Assembly: GCA_963734275.1 (NCBI GenBank)
Contig: CAVTGO010000008.1
Span: 32,718 to 96,717, forward strand
Reading direction: 5' to 3'
DNA length: 64,000 nucleotides
DNA from: an uncultured Actinomycetes bacterium
GTDB lineage: Bacteria; Actinomycetota; UBA4738; HRBIN12
Numbering within the stretch: position 1 is the first letter of the stretch; the number at the start of each line of letters is the position of its first letter. Under the pieces are notes generated by a model that saw only the letters and a list, made by a program, of their open reading frames with translations, was not told the origin of the DNA and made no database searches. Position numbers and translations under genes: made by a program. Of this stretch, positions 33,927-43,427 are shown piece by piece.

Positions 33927-34985
33927 TCAGGCCTCCGCGAGCGTCCGCTTGAGCCGTGCGATCGCGTCGATCGGCGAGGGGTCCACGCCCCGGGCGATCC
34001 CGAGGTACGTCGAGACGAGGTCGCCGACGAGCACCAGCGAGAGCAGGCGCGCCAGCGCCGAACGGCCGTGCGCCCACACCTCGTGCGTGCTGGCGCCGGC
34101 GGACCGGGCGATCTCGATCGAGGGCTCGAAACGGGCGGCGACGTCGGGCGGCTCCCCATCGTGGCGCAGCGCGACGACAGCGAACCCCTCGCCCCGCCCG
34201 GCCGTCCATCCGACGACCTCGTTGTGGTCGAGCTCGGGGAGCTCGGATGCGAAGGACGGGACCTTCGCGTTCTCGTTGAACTGCGTCTTCCACCGGGAGG
34301 CCGCGACGGCCGCCAGCCCATCGGCGCCCCAGACGACCGGAACGCGCTCGCCGATCGAGACGGCGAGGGTCTTGCCCGGGTTCGCCGCGAGCGGAACGGC
34401 GGGCCCCTCTCGCTCGAGCACGCCGCGCATCTCGGCGATCGCCTCGTCGACATCGTCCGCGAGCGGAGGTACGACACCCATCGCCTCGAGCGCGCCGAGC
34501 GCACCGAGCGTCATCGAGCCGAGCGCCGCTCGCGGCATGGCTCCGCCGGGCACGATCACCCGGCTGAGGTCCAACTCCTCGGCCCGCCGAGCGAGCTCGC
34601 CGCCGGACGTGATCGCGAGGACGCGGCACCCCCTCGCCACGGCCTCCTCGAACATCGACAGCGTCTCGCCGGTCGTTCCCGAATACGAAGACGCCACGAC
34701 GAGCACGTGCGGCCCGACCCATTCGGGAAGCTCCGAGCTCCGCACGACCACCACCGGCAACCGCAGCCGCGGGGCCGCGAGGGCCGCGAGGACGTCGCCC
34801 GCAACGGCCGAGCTCCCCATGCCGCAGAACGCGACCGCCGTGGCACCGTCGGCGCTCGGCAGGACCGGCACCGCGAGGCCCGATCGGTACCCCTCCCCAG
34901 CGCGCGCCGGGAGCGAGGCCACTGCCTCGAGCATCCCGCCCGGGTCGGCGGCCAGCAGCGCCGCCGCGTCGTCGAGATCGGTCAC
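33927..34985 (-). CDS. SIS-domain bifunctional phosphoglucose/phosphomannose isomerase family protein
   Basis: The GTG at 34985 overlaps the upstream stop (GTGA). 352 aa with GMGSSAVAG, SYSGTTGETL and a C-terminal PGI/PMI-type domain. Confidence 0.75.
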   Translation of the reverse strand: MTDLDDAAALLAADPGGMLEAVASLPARAGEGYRSGLAVPVLPSADGATAVAFCGMGSSAVAGDVLAALAAPRLRLPVVVVRSSELPEWVGPHVLVVASSYSGTTGETLSMFEEAVARGCRVLAITSGGELARRAEELDLSRVIVPGGAMPRAALGSMTLGALGALEAMGVVPPLADDVDEAIAEMRGVLEREGPAVPLAANPGKTLAVSIGERVPVVWGADGLAAVAASRWKTQFNENAKVPSFASELPELDHNEVVGWTAGRGEGFAVVALRHDGEPPDVAARFEPSIEIARSAGASTHEVWAHGRSALARLLSLVLVGDLVSTYLGIARGVDPSPIDAIARLKRTLAEA

Positions 34986-35176
34986 CGGCCCTTCTTCTTC
35001 TTGGGCGCGGACGGCTTCTCGGCTTCGTCGATCAGCATCACGGGGATCCCGTCTCGCACGGGGTACCGATAGCCGCACATCGTGCATTCGAGCACCTCGG
35101 GGTCCTGCTGGTAGTCGAGCAAGCCGCGGTCGTTCGGGCACACGAGGATCTCGAGCAGTTCCGCGTCGAGGGTCAC
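34982..35176 (-). CDS. Trm112-family small zinc-ribbon-like protein
   Basis: 64 aa containing LLEILVCP...L...CG..YPV.DGIP.ML. It has a basic tail and overlaps the manB stop (GTGA). Confidence 0.7.
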   Translation of the reverse strand: MTLDAELLEILVCPNDRGLLDYQQDPEVLECTMCGYRYPVRDGIPVMLIDEAEKPSAPKKKKGR

Positions 35177-36546
35177 GCTCCTCCTCCTTCGCTGGCTCCT
35201 TCGCTCCGGATCAGGTCGAGGATCTCGGCGGTCTTCTCCTTCAGCAGCTCGCCCATCCTCGCCTCCACGTTCAGGCGCAGCAGCGGCTCGGTGTTGCTCG
35301 GCCGCAGGTTGAACCACCAGTCGTCGAACTCTACCGTCAGGCCGTCGGTGCGATCCTGCCGGCCGGATGCGGATGCCGCCGCGACTCGCTCGATCGCCGC
35401 AGAGAGGTCCACGACGGGGGTGTTGATCTCGCCGGACGCCGCGTAGCGGCGGAACGGCTCCAGCAGCGCCGACAGCGGTCCGCCCGACAGCGAGAGCTGC
35501 TCCAGCACCAGGACCGCGGCGATCAGACCCGAGTCCGCGCCGTAGTTCTCGCGGAAGTAGTAGTGGCCCGAGTGCTCACCGCCGAACCAGGCCCCGGTTT
35601 CGGCCATCACCTGTTTGATGAACGAGTGCCCGACCCTCGTGCGCACCGGTGTGCCGCCGTGCTCGCGGATCACCTCGGGCACGGTCCACGAGGTGATCAG
35701 GTTGTGGACGATCGTCGCCCCGGGATGGCGTTCGAGCGTCGCCCGCGCGACAAGCGCCGTCACCTCGCTGCCCGAGACTCCCTCAGCGCGGTCGTCCACC
35801 AGGAAGACGCGATCGGCGTCGCCGTCGAAGGCGAGGCCGATGTCGGCGCCGCGCGCGAGCACCTCGCGCCGCAGGTCCTCCGTGTTGGCGGGATCGATCG
35901 GATCCGCCGGATGGTTGGGGAACGTCCCGTCGAGCTCCGCGAACAGGTGGACGACCGTGATCGGCAGACGCTCGAACACGACGGGGACGACCAAGCCGCC
36001 CATCCCGTTCGCCGTGTCCACGACGACGGTGAGCGGCCGCATGTTGTTCGGGTCCACGAACGACAGCACGTGGTCCGCGTAGGAGCGGAGCAGGTCCCGC
36101 CGTTCGACCGACCCGCGCGAGGGCGCGGCGGGGTAGGTGTCGGCCTCGGCGCGCTCGCGGATGTCGCGCAGACCGGTGTCCTCGCCGACGGGCCTGGCGC
36201 CGGCGAGGCAGAACTTCAGGCCGTTCCACTGCGCCGGGTTGTGGCTCGCCGTCAGCATCACGCCGGCTACGTCGAGCGAGCCCGACCCGAAGTACAGGAG
36301 GTCGGTGGAGGCGAGGCCGATGTCGACCACGTCGGCGCCCCGCGAGACGAGCCCCTCGCGCACGGCTCCGGAGAGCGCGGGCGAGCTCAGACGACAGTCA
36401 GACGCCACGGCGATCTTCGGGGCACCCGACCAGTCGGCGAAGGCGGCCCCGATGCGGCGGGCGGCGTCCTCGTCCAGCTCGTCGGGGACGACGCCGCGGA
36501 CGTCATAGGCCTTGAAGATGGAGGAAAGGTCACGCTGCGGCGGCAC
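35173..36546 (-). CDS. manB: Phosphomannomutase/phosphoglucomutase
   Basis: 457 aa with the catalytic loop TASHNP, the metal loop FDGDADR, and FKAYDVRG at the N-terminus. Confidence 0.9.
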   Translation of the reverse strand: MPPQRDLSSIFKAYDVRGVVPDELDEDAARRIGAAFADWSGAPKIAVASDCRLSSPALSGAVREGLVSRGADVVDIGLASTDLLYFGSGSLDVAGVMLTASHNPAQWNGLKFCLAGARPVGEDTGLRDIRERAEADTYPAAPSRGSVERRDLLRSYADHVLSFVDPNNMRPLTVVVDTANGMGGLVVPVVFERLPITVVHLFAELDGTFPNHPADPIDPANTEDLRREVLARGADIGLAFDGDADRVFLVDDRAEGVSGSEVTALVARATLERHPGATIVHNLITSWTVPEVIREHGGTPVRTRVGHSFIKQVMAETGAWFGGEHSGHYYFRENYGADSGLIAAVLVLEQLSLSGGPLSALLEPFRRYAASGEINTPVVDLSAAIERVAAASASGRQDRTDGLTVEFDDWWFNLRPSNTEPLLRLNVEARMGELLKEKTAEILDLIRSEGASEGGGA

Positions 36547-36577
36547 GGTGACCGCATCCTACTGAACCGGGTGGAGG

Positions 36578-36784
36578 CTACGACCGCTGCGTGAGGACCG
36601 ATCCGATCACCGACTGCAGCGGGACGGCTGCGCCGTCGCGGTACCACCATTTCGCCTCGCACATGTGGCAGGTCGTGAACGACAGATCGCTCCCGCTCAC
36701 GGCCATCGAGATGGAGATCAGGTCCCCCTGGAAGCAGACGGGGCAGGCGCCCTCGCGTGTCTCGTCCAAACCGTGTTCGTCCAT
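36578..36784 (-). CDS. Small Cys-rich zinc-ribbon protein (DUF3499-like)
   Basis: Starts at ATG 36784, 68 aa, with CPVC...CHMC. Its position between manB and the whiB cluster matches conserved actinobacterial small proteins. Confidence 0.5.
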   Translation of the reverse strand: MDEHGLDETREGACPVCFQGDLISISMAVSGSDLSFTTCHMCEAKWWYRDGAAVPLQSVIGSVLTQRS

Positions 36785-36930
36785 ACCTTGTACCTCGACC
36801 AGGGGCCACCCTCGAGCGCATAGCTCGACGTCCCCATTTCTCGGGGTCCGAGCAGGCGGCGTCCGTATGGGCCGTTCGGGCTGCGTCTCCCGCAGACGGG
36901 GGATGCCCGGGTGCCTGGAGGCCCGCCCGG

Positions 36931-37989
36931 CTAGGGCTTGACGATGACCGTCGTACCCATCTCGACCATCGGGTAGAGCTCCTCGGAGTCGCTGATATGC
37001 ATCCGGATGCAGCCGTGGGAGGCCGCCGTCCCGATGGAGGAGGAGCTCCACGTCCCGTGGATGCGGATCCCGGGGGCGTTCAGGTACATCGCCCGCGTTC
37101 CGAGCGGGTTGCCCGGTCCCGGGCCGATCGACAGCGGCAGGTCGGCGCCCCATCCGTCGGGGGCGGGGTTGTACCAGGTGGGGTTCTCACGCTTGTCGAC
37201 GATCTCGAAGGTCCCGACGGGTGTGGGGTAGGAAGCGGTGCCGGTCGCGACGCCGTACTCCTTGACCACCTTCAGGCCCTCGTACAGCCACAGCCGGTTG
37301 TCGGAGACGTCGACGACGATCGTCTGGCCGAGCGACGCCGTCGGGACCTCGGGCTCGACGGTCTTCACGGGGATGTCGACCTCGTCCACCCGACGCGACA
37401 GTGCCGTGAGGATCTTCGTGGTCGCGAGCTGCACCTTCAGCTCTCGTCCGTCCTGCGAGCGACGGGTCACGAGCTCGTCGTCGACGAGCGAGAACCGGGC
37501 ATCGACCGCCGGGACCGCGACCTCGTCGTAGGCCTGCTGGACGAACGCCTCGACGCTGGCCGGATCCGGCGTGTAGGACAGGGCAAGCGAAACGCCGACC
37601 GGCACGTCCCGCAGACGATGGTTCAGCCTCGACAGGAGCGACAGGTCGTCCGCCACCGCGAACGCCTTCGTCACGGCGGCGTCGACGTCGGCCGTCATGC
37701 CGAGCGATGCGGGCGTCATCGTCCATGAGAAGCCGGCGGCGCGCACGACGACGTCGTCGGACAGGGTGAGCTCTGCCTCGGCCCGGAGGGTGCGGACGGC
37801 CTCGTCCCAGGTCATCTGGCCGACGTCCACCCCTGCGACCGAGATGCCCGGCAGGATCACATCCGCCGAGCTCGCGTCGTAGCGGTAGGCCGCGTAGGCG
37901 GTGCCGCCGCCGAGGAGCGCGAGCACGCCGAGGCTCGCGGCGGCGATCTTCCAGCCGCGCGCCCGTCGCTTGTGCTTGGCCCTGGCCAT
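36931..37989 (-). CDS. L,D-transpeptidase (YkuD domain)
   Basis: 352 aa with an N-terminal TM anchor and a C-terminal YkuD domain carrying the catalytic SHGCIRM. Confidence 0.9.
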   Translation of the reverse strand: MARAKHKRRARGWKIAAASLGVLALLGGGTAYAAYRYDASSADVILPGISVAGVDVGQMTWDEAVRTLRAEAELTLSDDVVVRAAGFSWTMTPASLGMTADVDAAVTKAFAVADDLSLLSRLNHRLRDVPVGVSLALSYTPDPASVEAFVQQAYDEVAVPAVDARFSLVDDELVTRRSQDGRELKVQLATTKILTALSRRVDEVDIPVKTVEPEVPTASLGQTIVVDVSDNRLWLYEGLKVVKEYGVATGTASYPTPVGTFEIVDKRENPTWYNPAPDGWGADLPLSIGPGPGNPLGTRAMYLNAPGIRIHGTWSSSSIGTAASHGCIRMHISDSEELYPMVEMGTTVIVKP

Positions 37990-38055
37990 GTCAACGTCCT
38001 TCGCTGTCGGGGAACGGAAAGGCGGTTCCGCTTCGGAACATCATGATAAGCGAGC

Positions 38056-39435
38056 TCAACCGGACGTCGAGACCCACGCGTCCGGGATCGCGATCCCGAG
38101 TGCGACGGCGTAGGTCGCGAGGCCCTCGCGACCGAGCGAGTAGGACGCCGCCGCCGGAACGAACGTTCCCCGCCGCGCGATGACCGAAACGGCGGCGTCC
38201 GGCGCGATCTCGCGGAACTCGACCGGCGGGGTGGCGGTCCGCCCGGGCGGGATCGTGATCACGATCGATCCCTCGGCGGGAGCGAGGTAGGTGATCTCGA
38301 CCTCCGCAGCCTCGGACCCGGGGTTCGCGAGCGCGAGGTTCGGCACCGAGGGCGATCCGGCCACGGCGGGCAGCACGATCCACGCCGCCGCGGGGATCGC
38401 GCCGGGCGTCGACGCCTGGTCGGCGACGACCCCATAGGTCCGCCGCGCTGCCGCCACGCCCTCACCGTCCGCGCCGAAGACCACCGACGTCGGGCCGTCG
38501 GTCGTGGCGGGGAACGTCCGGGCTGACTCGGCGGGCGGGCTCGCGTCTGCCAGTCCGGCGAACACCTGCTCCGCCTCCTTCAGCAAGAGCCCGCCGGCGA
38601 GACGAACACGCTCGGTCCCAGCGCTCATCACGGCCAGGTCGGTTCGACCCGCGTCGCCACCGCCGGGCATCACCACCTCGAGCGGCGGCACCCCCAGGTA
38701 CCCGAGCGACGAGCGGATCCCCCCCGTCGTCGAGACGCCGAGGGTCGACGCCGCGACCCGCCCCACGGACACATCAACGAGGGTCGAGACCGTCCGCTCC
38801 CCGGCCACGATGCGGCCCAGGCGGAACACGGCGCTGTGGTGGGGCCTGAGCAGGACGTCGGTCAGGTCCCCCTGGCGAACGGGCGCCTGGCGGTCGGACA
38901 GGAGCACGAGCGAGAACACCGCGTCCCGTGCGAAGGGATTCATCACGACGACGACGTCGTCCTGCTCGTCGGTCTCCGTCGACCCATCGGGGAGGAACCA
39001 CGGCCCCCCGGCCTCGGGCGCACACGGTTCGGCGGCCACGCCGCCCTCGCCGCCACCCGCGTGCGAGATCCATCCGGCCGCGACCCACTGGTCGAACCAC
39101 TCCACCATCGAGGAGCGCTCGCGCCCTTCGGCCGGCACGGGAACCTGGATCATCGATCCGGGCTCCACGGTCAGCGTCTCCGGCGCAGTGGGCTTCCCGG
39201 AGCCGAACGTGCGTACGCGGATCGTCGCCGTGCCCGGACCGGGGTTCGCAACCTGGAGCCGAACGTCCCAGCCCACGGGGCCGCCACCGTGTGGGCAGTA
39301 CCACGCCCCCGAGTGCGCCGCTCCGGCCGGCGGGAGGCCCAAGGCCTTGTCGCCGAGCTCTCGATCGGCGTACGCGGCGCCGCCGACGAGGACGACGACG
39401 ACCAACACGCCGGCGATCACCTGCCCGCGTCTCAT
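38056..39435 (-). CDS. DUF5719-like secreted/anchored protein coupled to the upstream glycosyltransferase
   Basis: The ATG at 39435 overlaps the upstream stop (ATGA). 459 aa with an N-terminal TM and a beta-rich body. The assignment rests on context and recalled family similarity. Confidence 0.55.
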   Translation of the reverse strand: MRRGQVIAGVLVVVVLVGGAAYADRELGDKALGLPPAGAAHSGAWYCPHGGGPVGWDVRLQVANPGPGTATIRVRTFGSGKPTAPETLTVEPGSMIQVPVPAEGRERSSMVEWFDQWVAAGWISHAGGGEGGVAAEPCAPEAGGPWFLPDGSTETDEQDDVVVVMNPFARDAVFSLVLLSDRQAPVRQGDLTDVLLRPHHSAVFRLGRIVAGERTVSTLVDVSVGRVAASTLGVSTTGGIRSSLGYLGVPPLEVVMPGGGDAGRTDLAVMSAGTERVRLAGGLLLKEAEQVFAGLADASPPAESARTFPATTDGPTSVVFGADGEGVAAARRTYGVVADQASTPGAIPAAAWIVLPAVAGSPSVPNLALANPGSEAAEVEITYLAPAEGSIVITIPPGRTATPPVEFREIAPDAAVSVIARRGTFVPAAASYSLGREGLATYAVALGIAIPDAWVSTSG

Positions 39436-42400
39436 GCCGACCCCGGTTTCCGCGTGATCCAGAGCGCGGCGAGCCACAGGACGGCCAGGGCTGCCATCTC
39501 GGCGGTGCGGAGCCACTGCTCCTCGTAGACGACCCGGAACGGGCCGGACTCGACCGGAGCGGAGATGGCCCACCCGAACGCGCGCCGCGGGATGATCTGC
39601 TCGCCCCCACGCTCCACGCGCCACCCCTCGTCGAACTGGTCGCCCACCATGACCTCGGCGGGGGTGCCGGCGACACCCGACCACCCACCCTCGATCGGTT
39701 CGAGCGGCACCACATCCGCCTCGCGACGCGCCTGGAGGGCCACCGGATCGTCGATGATCGGGACCGGCTCCCAATCCTCGTCGGCCGACACGAACGCGGT
39801 CGGGAGCGCGTCGGCGACCCGGTAGATCGTGAGCCCGCCGGCCGGGACGAGGTCCATGTCCACCTGGGCGTCGAGCCGCTCGAGGGAGGCCGCGGGCAGG
39901 TCCCCCTCGTCGGCGACGACGTACCGGATGCCGTACGGCGCGAGCAACGCGCCGGCGTGGCTCGTGTCGCCGGCGAGCAGCTCCCCCATGGCGCGCTCGA
40001 GCGACGCGTAGCCGGGCCCGAAGACGCCGCGTCCGGTATCGAGCCCGGAGATGCCGTGACGGTCGGTCACGGCGAACCGCACGCTCGCCTGGCCGGCGGC
40101 GAGGAGGCCGGCGGGGTCGCCGCCCGGCGCCGGGAAGCGCCGACCGTTCGGCGTGCCCATCCACAGGATGCGAAACTCGCCGGGAGCGCTCGCGTCGATC
40201 ACGGGCCAGGCGGGGGGCAGCCCGTTCGGACGGACCTCCCACTCGGCCAGGACGGCCTGGAGCGCCTGCGCGCCGATCCCGACGGAGAGGACGAGGGTGA
40301 GCAGGGCCACGCCCACCTGACGGGCGCCGAACGCGTGGCGCTCGAGCCCCGAGCCGATCGAGGCCAGGCCGTACGCGACGAGCGCCGCCTCGGCGAGCGC
40401 GGCCACGGCGAGGTAGGCGGGAGCGTTGGTGAAGGCGTCGGGCAGGTAGCGCGCGGCCGAGGCCCAGGCGAGAACGGTGGCCGCCGCCGCGACCAGCAGC
40501 GCCCGCCAGGCTCGTCCACGATGCTCCGCGCCGGCGCTCATGAACCCGATCGCCGCCGCGATGGGCAGGAACGCCGCGACCATCCACGTTCCGGAAGCGC
40601 CGTCGGGCGCCAGCCGCAGGATCGACCAGACATCCGTGGTACCCAGGAAGGACGACAGGGTCGCGCCCGGATCGGCCACGGCGTCGCCGACGACCGGGAA
40701 CGCGAGGGCGCCGGCCGCCAGGGCCGCGAGGAGCGCGAGACCGATCCCCCGGTCGCGCCGCCGGCCGAGCAGGACGAAGACCGCCGCCATCAGCCCGAGG
40801 GGGAGGACCAACCCAGGCATGAACGCGATGCCTGCGGCCACGGCCACGCCGAGCCCCACGCCGTACCGGATGGGCCGCTCGGGCTTCCGTCGGGAGAAGG
40901 CGCCGTCGAGCCGGTCCCACGCGAAGGGCAGGACGACGAGGGAGACGAGCATCGGCAGCCGGCCCTCGGAGAAGGACCACATCGCTACGGCCGATAGCAC
41001 GTACGCGCCCGCCGCTACCACCGCGGCGCCCGGCCGGGCCGTCTGCCGGGCGAACGATCGGTAGGTGACGACCCCCGCGACGGGGAGCAGCGCGCCCAGG
41101 AGGAACTTCTGGGCCAATGCGGCGCTCCCGAAGGCGACCCAAGTGGCCGAGCCGAGCCCGGCGAGGGCGGGGCTCGCCGGTTGCGCGCCCCCCAGGATCG
41201 TGGTGCGCACCCCCGAAACGAGCTCGGTGAAGAACCCCTCGGCGGTGGGGGGGAACGACGCCAGGGCGCCCCCCGAGAGCACCTCGGGGCCGATCAGGTG
41301 CCGCAGGGAGAAGGCGCCCACGACGATGGCGATCGCCGTGCCCACCAGCACGGGGTGCCCCGCCGCCATCGACGCGGCGCGCCGGGGCAGCGGGCGACCG
41401 AACTCCTCGTCCTCGAGCTCCTCGAGCCCCTCGTCGAGGAACTCCTCGGCGCGCTCGAACCACCGCGGGAGGCGGAAGGTGGACGCCATGAACCGGCGGA
41501 CCGAACGGTCGCGCACCGAACGGACGGACTGCGCCCTCACCCGTCGTCGGATCGTCCCCGGCAGGTGGAGGAGGTTCCACCCCCACGCCGCGATGAGGTC
41601 GTACGCGTCCTCGAAGCGCCGAGAGAGGGCGAGGAACACCAGCCGGGCCAGGCCGAGCACCGTGTAGACGGGCAGGAGCCATAACAGGGTCAGGACCCCG
41701 TAGTCCTTCAACATGGAGGCGAGCGCCGCTCGCTCCCCGTAATAGCGGGAGCTGCGGCGGCGGCCCTCATCGCGCTCGCCGTGGGTCGCCGCATCCATGT
41801 GACGGGCGGTGGCGAGCGGCGTCATGAGCACGCGGAACCCCGCGAGGCGTGCCCGCCAACAGAAGTCCAGGTCGTCGTAGTGGCCGGCGTAGCGCTCGTC
41901 GAACATCCCGGTGCGCTGCCAGGCCTCGCGGGACACGAGCATCGCGCACGAGGAGACGAACAGGACCTCGAGTACCCGGTCGTACTGACCCTGGTCGAGC
42001 TCTCCGTCCTGCAGCGGTGTGTACGGGTGGCCGAAGCGATCGGTGGAGCGGCCGACTTCCCGCAGGACCCGGGGGTCCTCCCAGTCGACGACCTTCGGGC
42101 CGACCACGCCCACGCGCTCGACGCCCTTGATCCCCTCGGCGGCGTCCACGAGCCGCGCGACCGCATCCGGGGCGATCGCGGTGTCGTCGTGCAGGATCAG
42201 GAGGTAATCGGCCGCCTGCGCGGCCGGGAGCTCCGAGACGGCGCGCAGGGCCCCGGCGAGGCCCCGGTTCGCCTCGAGCGCGACGACACGGCCCTCGCCG
42301 AGCGCGTGGACGAGGAGCTCCCGTGTGTCGTCCGTCGAGCCGTTGTCCACGGCAACGACGCCCAGGCGCGGATGCGTCTGCGCGGCGAGCGACTGGAGGC

Positions 42401-42509
42401 ACTCGCGGAGCCAGCGTGCGGCGTCGTGCGTTACCAGGGCGACGAGGACGCTCGGGATCCGGACGGCGTCGGCAGCTGGGGAACGATCGGCTGTCGTGGT
42501 GATGGCCAT
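39432..42509 (-). CDS. Family 2 glycosyltransferase fused to a large polytopic membrane domain
   Basis: The likely start is ATG 42509 (MAITTTADR). The GT2 part carries VVAVDNGSTDDT and LILHDD. About 700 aa with many TM segments and a C-terminal soluble region follow. Confidence 0.8.
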   Translation of the reverse strand: MAITTTADRSPAADAVRIPSVLVALVTHDAARWLRECLQSLAAQTHPRLGVVAVDNGSTDDTRELLVHALGEGRVVALEANRGLAGALRAVSELPAAQAADYLLILHDDTAIAPDAVARLVDAAEGIKGVERVGVVGPKVVDWEDPRVLREVGRSTDRFGHPYTPLQDGELDQGQYDRVLEVLFVSSCAMLVSREAWQRTGMFDERYAGHYDDLDFCWRARLAGFRVLMTPLATARHMDAATHGERDEGRRRSSRYYGERAALASMLKDYGVLTLLWLLPVYTVLGLARLVFLALSRRFEDAYDLIAAWGWNLLHLPGTIRRRVRAQSVRSVRDRSVRRFMASTFRLPRWFERAEEFLDEGLEELEDEEFGRPLPRRAASMAAGHPVLVGTAIAIVVGAFSLRHLIGPEVLSGGALASFPPTAEGFFTELVSGVRTTILGGAQPASPALAGLGSATWVAFGSAALAQKFLLGALLPVAGVVTYRSFARQTARPGAAVVAAGAYVLSAVAMWSFSEGRLPMLVSLVVLPFAWDRLDGAFSRRKPERPIRYGVGLGVAVAAGIAFMPGLVLPLGLMAAVFVLLGRRRDRGIGLALLAALAAGALAFPVVGDAVADPGATLSSFLGTTDVWSILRLAPDGASGTWMVAAFLPIAAAIGFMSAGAEHRGRAWRALLVAAAATVLAWASAARYLPDAFTNAPAYLAVAALAEAALVAYGLASIGSGLERHAFGARQVGVALLTLVLSVGIGAQALQAVLAEWEVRPNGLPPAWPVIDASAPGEFRILWMGTPNGRRFPAPGGDPAGLLAAGQASVRFAVTDRHGISGLDTGRGVFGPGYASLERAMGELLAGDTSHAGALLAPYGIRYVVADEGDLPAASLERLDAQVDMDLVPAGGLTIYRVADALPTAFVSADEDWEPVPIIDDPVALQARREADVVPLEPIEGGWSGVAGTPAEVMVGDQFDEGWRVERGGEQIIPRRAFGWAISAPVESGPFRVVYEEQWLRTAEMAALAVLWLAALWITRKPGSA

Positions 42510-42608
42510 GAGGTGCGCGATGCGCGGCGCGCAGCCTAGCACGAGGCTGGTGCCGGAACGCGGAAGGGGGGCGAGACGCCCCCCTTCCACCGGATCGATG
42601 TCGGCGAT

Positions 42609-42956
42609 CTACCGCTTCTTCGCGGTCCGCCTCTTGGTCGTCCGCTTCTTGGCCGCCGGCTTCGCCGCGGTCCGCCGCTTCGCGGGCCGCCTCTTGGCTG
42701 CCGTCCGCTTCTTGGCCGCCGGCTTCGCCGCGGTCCGCCGCTTCGCGGGCCGCCTCTTGGCTGCCGTCCGCTTCTTGGCCGCGGTCTTCCGCTTCCGCGT
42801 CGCGGCCCCCTTCTTGGCGGCGGTCTTCCGCTTCGCGGTCGTCCGCTTCCTCGTGGCGGCCCCCTTCTTGGCGGCGGTCTTCCGCTTCGCGGTTGTCCGC
42901 TTCCTAGTGGCGGCCCCCTTCTTGGCGGCTGTCGACCTCTTCTTCGCTGGAGACAT
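42609..42956 (-). CDS. Highly basic Lys/Arg/Ala/Thr tandem-repeat protein (histone H1/HU-tail-like, putative nucleoid-associated)
   Basis: 115 aa made of 3x KKGAATRKRTTAKRKTAA and 2x KKRTAAKRRPAKRRTAAKPAA. The coding call rests on the long open frame and in-frame repeat periods (54 and 63 nt). Confidence 0.55.
   Translation of the reverse strand: MSPAKKRSTAAKKGAATRKRTTAKRKTAAKKGAATRKRTTAKRKTAAKKGAATRKRKTAAKKRTAAKRRPAKRRTAAKPAAKKRTAAKRRPAKRRTAAKPAAKKRTTKRRTAKKR
42641..42930. repeat. Intragenic tandem repeats: 63 bp x2 perfect (42641-42766) and 54 bp x about 2.6 (about 42790-42930)
   Basis: Read directly from the sequence. Both periods are multiples of 3. Confidence 0.85.
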
Positions 42957-42979
42957 CGGTCACCCCCTTCCCATCCTGC

Positions 42980-43207
42980 TCAGGACGCCATGCGCTTCAG
43001 GCGTCGTCTCTCCCGTTCGCTCATGCCGCCCCACACGCCGTACCGCTCGTCGCGGCGAAGGGCGTAGTTCAGGCACTCGATCCGAACGGGGCAGTCGGCG
43101 CAGATCCGCTTCGCCTCCCTCGATGACCCTCCCTTCTCGGGGAAGAAGATCTCGGGATCGTGTTCCCGGCACCGCGCCCGTTCCTGCCAAGGGATGTAGT
43201 GATGCAC
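42980..43207 (-). CDS. whiB: WhiB-family transcriptional regulator ([4Fe-4S] Wbl protein)
   Basis: 75 aa with a GTG start after GGGGGGAGAGA. It has four Cys (C-x29-C-x2-C-x5-C), GVWGG, and a basic C-terminal tail. Confidence 0.9.
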   Translation of the reverse strand: MHHYIPWQERARCREHDPEIFFPEKGGSSREAKRICADCPVRIECLNYALRRDERYGVWGGMSERERRRLKRMAS

Positions 43208-43221
43208 CGTTCTCTCCCCCC

Positions 43222-43243
43222 AGAATCACACGCGTGTGATTCT
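43222..43243. promoter_or_regulatory. Perfect 22-bp palindrome AGAATCACACG|CGTGTGATTCT in the whiB leader
   Basis: Read directly. It ends 2 nt from the G-rich SD and 15 nt from the whiB GTG. It contains TCACA/TGTGA half-sites spaced N4. Whether it acts as an operator or an RNA hairpin is not established. Confidence 0.5.
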
Positions 43244-43427
43244 GAAGCATCGTTCCCCTCTTTGACAAGAGGGAATCTCGAGATCCGGAGCAACTCTTCA
43301 TGCGTCCCCGTATGCATGGAATACAGGGGGAACGCGAAGTGCAAGAGATTTCGAGCAGAAAGTTGCCGGTCAAGGTGATTGACGGATATCGTCAATCAGA
43401 TGGACCAGATACCCCCGTTCGGCGCGT

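Noticed and set aside
43254-43275. A TTGACA hexamer inside a small hairpin (CCCTCTT-TGAC-AAGAGGG), considered as a promoter -35 element.
   Set aside because: It is on the plus strand, pointing away from whiB, with no plus-strand gene downstream. No convincing -10 element lies at the right spacing.
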